The notes below the pieces were generated by a model. That model did not search any database, had not been told where the DNA came from, and worked only from the letters and a program-made list of their open reading frames with translations. The position numbers and the translations under genes were made by a program. Below are positions 11,177 through 18,122 of a stretch of DNA of 24,196 nt, piece by piece. Where the stretch lies: positions 1 through 24,196 of the IMG/VR virus record IMGVR_UViG_3300034418_002124; one strand, written 5' to 3'. The DNA comes from a virus. Taxonomy: Duplodnaviria; Caudoviricetes. The stretch's first letter is position 1, and each line of letters starts with the position of its first letter.

Positions 11177-11613
11177 TAACCAGCCTCCGTGTTAGTTGGT
11201 GGTGCAGAAGGGTCTTGGAAACCAGATGATAACCTAGTACTTGGATTAGTAAAAGTTATTTGACCATCTGAAAATGGACTTCCAGCAGGCGTATCATGCT
11301 CAATAGAGTGTTTATAACCAACACCATGATCTGATTCAAAATAAAAAAGATTGTAACCTCCTGCTCCGCTTAAACTAGACTGAAGATAGCCTATCCCGCC
11401 TCTTCTTGATATATAAGTTGAACTAGGAAGTATAGCTCCTCCTAATGGAGATGCCCAATGCCCAAATAGAGAGCCACAACTTTTTAACTGACCTTCAGAA
11501 TCTATAGAAAAGTTTTTAAGATAAGCAAACTCATCTTTCTGTATATCCCTAGAATCAACATCATTATTTATTCCACGAGAAAAACTCTTAATATTGTAAT
11601 ATAATTTAGGCAT
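11176..11613 (-). CDS. N-terminal segment of tail nozzle/stabilisation protein encoded as a separate gene (145 aa)
   Basis: Begins MPKLYYNIKSFSRGINNDVDSRDI...LKNFSIDSEGQL, the F-x-x-G-(I/L)-N...N...G-x-L pattern that normally starts nozzle proteins. TAATG-coupled on both sides. Confidence 0.6.
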   Translation of the reverse strand: MPKLYYNIKSFSRGINNDVDSRDIQKDEFAYLKNFSIDSEGQLKSCGSLFGHWASPLGGAILPSSTYISRRGGIGYLQSSLSGAGGYNLFYFESDHGVGYKHSIEHDTPAGSPFSDGQITFTNPSTRLSSGFQDPSAPPTNTEAG

Positions 11614-11993
11614 TAACCTCGTAACTCCACATGAACTAAGTCGTCGAAGCCATTGTCTTTAGTCTCACCATCACTATCCCAGTCACCGCCCCAACGAACA
11701 TTAACATTTAATTGCTTTGCGATACCTCTAATCATACCGCCCATATAATGAAACCTATCTCTATCTTTCCAGTCAATAGGATAAGGAGCTAAATCTACAG
11801 CTTTACCTTCTAAATGCTTACTATACTTTGTCTTACTAGCACCACTAGCAACAAGCTCTTCTTGTCTTTCTTTAGTCCTTAATCCCTCTATAACCGTAAC
11901 ATCCATTATTTTAACAAGCTCGTTTAAAACATTAACAAGTTCTGGTTTAACTCCTTTAAGTCTTTCTTTTGACCTTTTGCCAAACTTATACAT
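11613..11993 (-). CDS. Endolysin, peptidase M15 family (L-Ala-D-Glu peptidase-like)
   Basis: EGLRTKERQ, SKHLEGKAVD (SxHxxGxAxD zinc motif), RWGGDW and DLVHVEL. The likely start is ATG 11993 (MYKFGKRS), which overlaps the upstream TAA, not 12002. Confidence 0.92.
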   Translation of the reverse strand: MYKFGKRSKERLKGVKPELVNVLNELVKIMDVTVIEGLRTKERQEELVASGASKTKYSKHLEGKAVDLAPYPIDWKDRDRFHYMGGMIRGIAKQLNVNVRWGGDWDSDGETKDNGFDDLVHVELRG

Positions 11994-12223
11994 TACTTCC
12001 AAACCATTCTAATAGCTACAGATAAGATATCCATTGACTCTTTTGCAATAGCTTGTTTTTCTTTTGCAGTAAGTTTACCATCTTTCATAGCTTCATTATA
12101 CTTTTCAGCTACATCTTTAAACTCTTTTAAAATAGGTCTCCACTTTACAGCAACTACGCTCATGTAACCACCGATTAAGATAGCAACTAAGTATGCAAAA
12201 TTACTTAACGATAACCATTCCAT
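11993..12223 (-). CDS. Small membrane protein, holin candidate (76 aa)
   Basis: N-terminal hydrophobic helix FAYLVAILIGGYMSVVAV followed by basic residues. Directly coupled to the endolysin. Confidence 0.55.
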   Translation of the reverse strand: MEWLSLSNFAYLVAILIGGYMSVVAVKWRPILKEFKDVAEKYNEAMKDGKLTAKEKQAIAKESMDILSVAIRMVWK

Positions 12224-12224
12224 A

Positions 12225-12368
12225 TTATTGTTTCCTTATATTTGTTATTTTATATCCTAAATAAATTATTGTCATTACAGCAACAACACATTGCAAGAAT
12301 AAGCTTACCTCAGCTATAGACAAACCATAATTAACAAGACTAGCTGATGAGACTTTAACGCTATCCAT
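12225..12368 (-). CDS. 47-aa membrane protein, holin-like (absent from ORF track)
   Basis: MDSVKVSSASLVNYGLSIAEVSLFLQCVVAVMTIIYLGYKITNIRKQ*. The ATG overlaps the upstream TAA; hydrophobic helix with a basic C-tail. Confidence 0.7.
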   Translation of the reverse strand: MDSVKVSSASLVNYGLSIAEVSLFLQCVVAVMTIIYLGYKITNIRKQ

Positions 12369-12502
12369 TATTTCTTTTTCTTCTTAACAATCTTTTTAAT
12401 CTTGCCATTATGAGTTCTAGCAAACTTATGAGTTTTAGTTTCTCTAATTAATGTTCCTGAGTATCGCTTACCGCCCCACATCCAACTTACTTTTTTAGCC
12501 AT
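12368..12502 (-). CDS. 44-aa highly basic protein (absent from ORF track)
   Basis: MAKKVSWMWGGKRYSGTLIRETKTHKFARTHNGKIKKIVKKKKK*. It fills the gap exactly and its stop overlaps the next ATG. Confidence 0.75.
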   Translation of the reverse strand: MAKKVSWMWGGKRYSGTLIRETKTHKFARTHNGKIKKIVKKKKK

Positions 12503-12506
12503 AATA

Positions 12507-12797
12507 TTACCACTTTACCTTATTTGCCCAATATGCAGCTGACATTTTACCCTTAGCAATGTTCTTTGCATGCCTAGCTTTAAAAGACTTTCTTTTCATT
12601 TTCATTCTTCTTGACTCACCAGCTTTAGGTTTACCAGCTGTTTTAGCTCCTTTTTGCCCAAATCTAATTGTCTTTATTTTACTACCTTCTTTAGCTACTA
12701 CTATATGAGACTTAGTAGGATGTCCGGGAGTTCTCTTTGGTTTATTAAAACCACTAACTCCTGCTCTTTTTAACCTCGGGTCTTTCTTAGCTGCCAT
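12507..12797 (-). CDS. Small basic phage protein (96 aa)
   Basis: AGGAG RBS. Motifs IRFGQKG, RKSFKARH and SAAYWANKVKW resemble a widespread family of uncharacterised Lys/Arg-rich phage proteins. Confidence 0.8.
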   Translation of the reverse strand: MAAKKDPRLKRAGVSGFNKPKRTPGHPTKSHIVVAKEGSKIKTIRFGQKGAKTAGKPKAGESRRMKMKRKSFKARHAKNIAKGKMSAAYWANKVKW

Positions 12798-12805
12798 AAT
12801 AACTC

Positions 12806-13123
12806 CTAATGTTTACCATTTACTCTGGACAAACTACCTTTTATCTCCGATACTTGATTGTCCAAATCATTAATTTCCTTCGTAAGCGAATCAAACTTTC
12901 TGTCCATTTTGTCGTCACTCTGATTCCAACGGTTAATAAGCTTAATAACCATACCTTCAATATTTTCAAGAGTTTCACTCTGACCCCTATTCTCTGTCTT
13001 CAAGTCTTGCAAAGCGTCTGCCTGCTCCGACCCTCTTTTGTTCATAGAGTAAACCATATACACTAACAAAGCCCCTACGACACCTATCATACCCGCTTCG
13101 CTGTAAATCGTCATGAAGTCCAT
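12806..13123 (-). CDS. Single-TM plus coiled-coil protein (BhlA-like holin or spanin-like; 105 aa)
   Basis: GAGGAGG RBS. TM helix GMIGVVGALLVYMVYSM followed by heptad repeats. Lies in the lysis region. Confidence 0.6.
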   Translation of the reverse strand: MDFMTIYSEAGMIGVVGALLVYMVYSMNKRGSEQADALQDLKTENRGQSETLENIEGMVIKLINRWNQSDDKMDRKFDSLTKEINDLDNQVSEIKGSLSRVNGKH

Positions 13124-13218
13124 TATTCCTCCTCTTGATTTTCACATTCATCACAAACTCCATGTAAAGCTTGACTTATTGGTTTATCACATTCTATACA
13201 GTGAAATGGCATTGGCAT
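13123..13218 (-). CDS. 31-aa zinc-ribbon micro-protein (absent from ORF track)
   Basis: MPMPFHCIECDKPISQALHGVCDECENQEEE* with CxxC-x11-CxxC. AAGGAGG lies 8 nt upstream and there are TAATG overlaps at both ends. Confidence 0.75.
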   Translation of the reverse strand: MPMPFHCIECDKPISQALHGVCDECENQEEE

Positions 13219-13379
13219 TACCTAACCCTCCTTACCTCTCTATTAATAAAATAATTTGATTCAAAATCATCTAAGTTGATTGATATATCTTCTACCCACC
13301 AATTATTTGATTTAGTTACTTCTTTCTTTTTTTCTTTCCCCAACTTAAAGGGTTTAAATTTAATTCTGTTTCGTACCAT
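13218..13379 (-). CDS. 53-codon -1-frame ORF overlapping the end of 13316..13636 (independent gene or frameshift extension)
   Basis: MVRNRIKFKPFKLGKEKKKEVTKSNNWWVEDISINLDDFESNYFINREVRRVR*. Its TAA overlaps the ATG of the zinc-ribbon gene. No good RBS precedes its own ATG. Confidence 0.5.
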   Translation of the reverse strand: MVRNRIKFKPFKLGKEKKKEVTKSNNWWVEDISINLDDFESNYFINREVRRVR

Positions 13380-13636
13380 TCTAATTGTTCTTGCATCTTA
13401 GTTATTTTTACTTCTTCTTCTTCTATATGTTTTTCTACAAGTTCTTCAATGCTGGAATTAGCAGATTCCATTCTACGCTCAAGATCTGCAATTCTGTTTT
13501 CAATACGTAAGTAGCCCATAACAATGAACCCAACTCCCACGATAATTTGGATAAGCCACTTAATGTTAAGACTAATGCGAAAATTATCGTCAAGTTTAGT
13601 GACTCCATAACTCCTGTACGTCTTCTCATCGCTCAT
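13316..13636 (-). CDS. Single-TM plus coiled-coil protein (i-spanin-like topology; 106 aa)
   Basis: TM helix WLIQIIVGVGFIVMGYL, then a coiled coil and a basic tail. ATGA overlap with the pilin-like gene. Confidence 0.65.
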   Translation of the reverse strand: MSDEKTYRSYGVTKLDDNFRISLNIKWLIQIIVGVGFIVMGYLRIENRIADLERRMESANSSIEELVEKHIEEEEVKITKMQEQLEWYETELNLNPLSWGKKKRKK

Positions 13637-14133
13637 GGTTTATAATATTTATAAAAGTCTGTTGGCTTCTCTGCATCTACCACAATAAATATTGGATTAA
13701 CAATACTATTGCCTGTGCCACTCCCACCAATAATGGCATATTCATAACGACCACTTTGATAAGGTGACTTAATTGTATCATTGTCAAACAAATGTAAAAA
13801 ACTTGTATCATTAAAAACAGGTACAAACTGCGCATCTAAAATTTCGTCTTCTTCTATTCTTCTGTTGTTATTAAAATCTTCTATATCTCCTATACTACTC
13901 GTCCTATGTGCTTGGCTAGGAAACTTACCCATACCATAGACTTCTACTTGTTGATTGTACCACATTTGTGATGCTTTAGTAATCTTCTCTAAATTTGCTT
14001 TTGTTTGCTTTGCTTTAGCTCCTTCAGAGATACGACTAAAAGCAGGAGCTGCGGTAGTAGCCAAAGTAGCCATGATAGCCATGGTAACTGTAAACTCAGC
14101 CAAAGAGTTACCTCTACTGCCCAACCCATTCAT
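13633..14133 (-). CDS. Type IV pilin / type II secretion pseudopilin-like protein
   Basis: Class III signal-like N-terminus: RG|NSLAEF with Glu at +5, hydrophobic helix TVTMAIMATLATTAA, Pro at +22, then amphipathic helix AKAKQTKANLEKITKASQMWY and G-K-F-P. Later SPYQSGRYEY resembles the GspG DPWG..Y.Y motif. The start may be TTG 14124 (AAGGA 8 nt upstream). Confidence 0.8.
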   Translation of the reverse strand: MNGLGSRGNSLAEFTVTMAIMATLATTAAPAFSRISEGAKAKQTKANLEKITKASQMWYNQQVEVYGMGKFPSQAHRTSSIGDIEDFNNNRRIEEDEILDAQFVPVFNDTSFLHLFDNDTIKSPYQSGRYEYAIIGGSGTGNSIVNPIFIVVDAEKPTDFYKYYKP

Positions 14134-14656
14134 CCTTTTGCATTTCAGCTATAGCTTCACTATGTGATAAAGCAGTAATGCCACTTATACCTTTTACTGC
14201 ATCTAATGTACCATCTGCTATAGGTAATTCATATTTAACTAATACTTTGCTAGCATCATTATTCCATCTTGGACTACCAAGTTTGCCTAACTTAAATGCT
14301 GACTCTTTCCAAGTTGGAGATTGTAATGTAGTTGTATCTACTACTTGCTCTGTGTATGTGTATGTTTCTTCTTCTTGTGGTATACCATTTTCCATTGTAT
14401 AGTTATAAATCTTTTCAAGTAGTTCTGCTTTAGTATCACCACTACTATAATCAATACTATGAGTGTCCATAAATGCCGTTATTTCGCTTTTTAAATTGTC
14501 ATCGGTAGGTAACTCTACATTTACATTTCTTGTAGCAGTACGCTCTTCATCTCTATATGTGTACTCATTCCAAGACAATCTATCAGCTTTTTTAAGTTTA
14601 GCAGGTAATGCTGATTCCCACTTTGCTTTTGTTAATATCAAATATGTATTAGTCAT
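14114..14656 (-). CDS. Fibre-associated protein with inserted HeH/LEM-like domain
   Basis: Likely start ATG 14656 (ATGACTAA overlap with the upstream stop). PTDDNLKSEITAFMDTHSIDYSSGDTKAELLEKI matches the HeH/LEM pattern. C-terminus is KVLVKY...LSHSEAIAEMQKDEW. Confidence 0.6.
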   Translation of the reverse strand: MTNTYLILTKAKWESALPAKLKKADRLSWNEYTYRDEERTATRNVNVELPTDDNLKSEITAFMDTHSIDYSSGDTKAELLEKIYNYTMENGIPQEEETYTYTEQVVDTTTLQSPTWKESAFKLGKLGSPRWNNDASKVLVKYELPIADGTLDAVKGISGITALSHSEAIAEMQKDEWVGQ

Positions 14657-17600
14657 TTTTATGCTTTCCTTTACCATGCTTATAATTTTTTACTATTTCT
14701 CCAGATATAGCTGTTTCTCCATCTTCAGGGGTAGAACCATCTGCTTCAAATGCGGTTAGCACTCTGTTATAAATTCTTAATTCATCTATTAAACAAGTAC
14801 TTGCTTTAACACCTGCACCTTCACCATGCAAATATCCAATATGTATTCCTTGATTACTTTCTCCAATAGGAGTAGTATAATGAGCAGATGTTCCTCTGAC
14901 TAAATCAACATATAATGCAACATTATTTGATGATAGACTTCTATCATAAATGCCAACTATATGATACCATTTTGTAAAATCAGTTATTTGAAATGTTGCT
15001 TTTGGTGAATTGTAATTATTAATTGTAAATCTTAATCCATTATCTACCATAGCTAATGCCCACCCATTAGACCAAGAACCTCCAGAAGCATTTCCTGCTA
15101 TAACATTATATCCAGTTGGATGGTTGTGAAATTTTACCCAACACTCTACTGTTATTGCATCACTCATAGATGTTGCACTTAATGATTTTGTATAAGGGAT
15201 TACTAAATGTTCTAATTTTCTATTAAGTCTTAAAGTATTACTATCAGCATTTTTAAAGTAAAACCCAAGTCCATCTCTGTTTGAGTTAAGTCCTTCTCTG
15301 ATTGTTATAGAATCTGGTGAGCCTTGTACTGTGCCATCGTTTGTACCAAGAAAATTAACTCCACCAAGTTGTGTGCCATGAATATTATTACCACTTCTAT
15401 CAAGTATTTTATCTGTACCTGTTGTATCTGGGTTAGAGTGAGTAGGATTTAATAAATAGTTTATTTGAAGCCCATTTGAATAATCAGATAAAGAACCTTT
15501 GCGACCTAACGCATATATAGCAGATATATTTGAATCTTGAGCAGTATTCCATAAAGCAAATTGACCAAGATTACCATTAAAAAAACTGCCTGCTGCTGTA
15601 TAACTACCACCCAATATAAAATTATAAATATTACTACCACTTGTCGTGGTAAATGAAAATTGTTCCGTTTGACTTCCATTAAAATAAAAAGTTGCAGTTC
15701 CAGAACTCCAAGATACTAAAATATGATTCCATTGATTAACAGAATAAGACACATAAGAACTAAAAACGTTACCTTGTGCTATTCGTAAACCATCTGACCT
15801 TATTTGAATATACACTCTTGTAGCTGTCTCTCCATCTCTTGCACCAAGAATATATTGAACAGAACTTGGATTTTGGTCATACGCATAAAACCAGATAGAA
15901 TAAGCACCTGTTGCATAATCGTCTAATGCAAATTGAAAACTTGTTGGTATTCTAATACCATCATCAACACCATCAAATCCTATTGCTTGTATATCACCTC
16001 TATCAGTCCATGTAGTTACACCATCATTTCTCCAATAACCTAATAAATGGTCATCAGCTTTACTATGTGTAGTAGCATCTAATGCAACACCATCGTTGAA
16101 TAGTTCTTGTGCTTGTGTTTGTGTTAATGCAGAATTAAAGACACTAAAGTCATCTATGATGCCATCAAAAAAGTAATTAGGAGCATAACCTCTTGCCCCA
16201 ATATTTCCTGCCGTAGTAACACTCAAAGTAGTAGAATTACTTGCACCACTACCTAAAACAATTCCATTTGCATAGATATTCATTGTAGAACCATCGTATG
16301 TACAACAGAAATGTGTTAATTTGTTTTTATAAGTGTAATTTTCTGTTTTCCTTACAGAGTTAACTCTATAACTAATTGTATTATTATATAAATATATATG
16401 CACTCCATCTTCATGACTATCTTCTTCTGAAAATGGCATTAATAAACTTGCAATATCATTTGTATGTACCCAAAAAGATATAGAGTGTATTGTTGTTAAG
16501 ATAGGTGATGGTAAGTCAATATAATCATCTGTGTTGTCAAACAACATCTTCTGATTATATCTCATCAATGGTACTTGTGGTACTACAGGTTCATTTACAG
16601 CAGTCTCAAATCCAGATGAGGATATTCCTACTTCTTTAACTGTAATTAATTCTACAGAACCATCGAAATCAGAACTTGTTATAATATCTACTATCCTACT
16701 TGCAGAACCACCGCTTGTAAGAATAACACTTCCAGATGCAGTAAAATCAGATGCACTTGCAGGGCCACTTCCAACTGCAAAATCTAAATTCCCTGCTGTT
16801 CTTCCAGATATTGTAAAATCTACTTGATATTTCTTACCACTTGTTGTTGGATTTGACGAATTTTCATACCTTAAACTTCTGGTATTTCCTGTAGCATGAG
16901 TTGCTTTACTACTCCCTATTGACCATTCAGTTCCTAATGAACCACCAACTACTGACCAATTTGTAGTAACATCAAAAGCACCATGCCCATTTGTTAAATC
17001 ATCCCCAAAGAAATTTGTAGTAGCATGGTTGCCCATGAGGACTTCTTTGACTGAAACATTGTCTACTGTTATTGAATTACCATTAGTATATCCACTAACA
17101 AATCTTATAGTAATAGATGTAGATGTTGCAGTAAAATATTGAGTATAAGTTTTTTGACCTGTGTCTAAATTAATTACAGAGCTTGATAAATTTGTTCCAT
17201 CCCAATATCCATAATAAGCAGAACCTCCAGATTCAGTAACAGTAAATACTGCTTTATATAAAGCTCCATTAACTGCTGTTATACCTTCTTGCTTTACAAA
17301 ATTATTACCACTACCACTATAAGTATAAACTACTGCACCACTTGAAGTATCTGCTGTACCTCCTGCTCCAATACTCCACCCTGTAGTTCCATTACTATAA
17401 TCACCATTAGTAATTATATTACCACCCAACTTCTTCTCACTATGGTCATATACTATTGATTGTGGACTTTCTGGGTTACCCTCAATCATAGGATACCAAG
17501 CTACAAGGTTGTCCTGTACTGCACTTGGTGTGTTTTCTGGTTTTTTGTAAAGCTCTTGTACTTGTGCTTCTGTAAGAGCAGAATTAAATATTTTGAAATC

Positions 17601-18122
17601 GCACATACTGCCCTCAAAATGGTCAGTAAGATATTTACCAATTTGAAATGCAGTTCCAGATAAATTACCAGTCGATGATGGTATAGTTCCTGTATATGTA
17701 AGTGACTGCTCTTCCCCATTTATATATGCTTTAAGCCTATTGCTATTACCTGTGCCACTTCCGTTAAACACTAAAGATATATGATTCCAATCTGTTGATG
17801 TAAAAGCTACACTTCCATAAGCGTTACCACCATTATAAACATTAAAATACATAATATTATACGCTATTGCCATGCGTATCAGATTTGAACTGCTTGATGT
17901 TTTATTATATAAATAATCTAAACTATTTGTATTATCTGATTTAATCCACACAGATATTGAAAATGCAGAAGCACTATTTAAAAATGTTAAATCTCCACAA
18001 TCAAGGTAATCAGATACCCCATCAAATACTAATGCTCTGCCACCATAGACATCTGCGTGATCTGCAATGTTAGCAGTAAGTTTAGGAGAGTCTCCGTATC
18101 CAGAATTAATTGTCGTAGCCAT
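14649..18122 (-). CDS. Multi-LamG (concanavalin A-like) and carbohydrate-binding fibre/spike protein (1157 aa)
   Basis: About four LamG modules (FDGVSDYL...FSISVWIK...WNHI...YING...FNSALT) plus two galactose-binding-like modules (NIITNGDY...VDNVSVKEV). Confidence 0.85.
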   Translation of the reverse strand: MATTINSGYGDSPKLTANIADHADVYGGRALVFDGVSDYLDCGDLTFLNSASAFSISVWIKSDNTNSLDYLYNKTSSSSNLIRMAIAYNIMYFNVYNGGNAYGSVAFTSTDWNHISLVFNGSGTGNSNRLKAYINGEEQSLTYTGTIPSSTGNLSGTAFQIGKYLTDHFEGSMCDFKIFNSALTEAQVQELYKKPENTPSAVQDNLVAWYPMIEGNPESPQSIVYDHSEKKLGGNIITNGDYSNGTTGWSIGAGGTADTSSGAVVYTYSGSGNNFVKQEGITAVNGALYKAVFTVTESGGSAYYGYWDGTNLSSSVINLDTGQKTYTQYFTATSTSITIRFVSGYTNGNSITVDNVSVKEVLMGNHATTNFFGDDLTNGHGAFDVTTNWSVVGGSLGTEWSIGSSKATHATGNTRSLRYENSSNPTTSGKKYQVDFTISGRTAGNLDFAVGSGPASASDFTASGSVILTSGGSASRIVDIITSSDFDGSVELITVKEVGISSSGFETAVNEPVVPQVPLMRYNQKMLFDNTDDYIDLPSPILTTIHSISFWVHTNDIASLLMPFSEEDSHEDGVHIYLYNNTISYRVNSVRKTENYTYKNKLTHFCCTYDGSTMNIYANGIVLGSGASNSTTLSVTTAGNIGARGYAPNYFFDGIIDDFSVFNSALTQTQAQELFNDGVALDATTHSKADDHLLGYWRNDGVTTWTDRGDIQAIGFDGVDDGIRIPTSFQFALDDYATGAYSIWFYAYDQNPSSVQYILGARDGETATRVYIQIRSDGLRIAQGNVFSSYVSYSVNQWNHILVSWSSGTATFYFNGSQTEQFSFTTTSGSNIYNFILGGSYTAAGSFFNGNLGQFALWNTAQDSNISAIYALGRKGSLSDYSNGLQINYLLNPTHSNPDTTGTDKILDRSGNNIHGTQLGGVNFLGTNDGTVQGSPDSITIREGLNSNRDGLGFYFKNADSNTLRLNRKLEHLVIPYTKSLSATSMSDAITVECWVKFHNHPTGYNVIAGNASGGSWSNGWALAMVDNGLRFTINNYNSPKATFQITDFTKWYHIVGIYDRSLSSNNVALYVDLVRGTSAHYTTPIGESNQGIHIGYLHGEGAGVKASTCLIDELRIYNRVLTAFEADGSTPEDGETAISGEIVKNYKHGKGKHKND

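Noticed and set aside
13435-13629. Embedded out-of-frame ORF with a hydrophobic stretch (IIFALVLTLSGL), resembling an Rz1-type o-spanin inside an Rz-like gene
   Set aside because: There is no cysteine at the lipobox (LSGL rather than LSGC) or anywhere in the ORF, so it cannot be a lipoprotein. It is probably a shadow frame, though homologues could be checked for a Cys.
17501-17719. 72-aa minus-strand alternative-frame ORF
   Set aside because: It lies wholly inside the LamG gene with no motif or coupling evidence.
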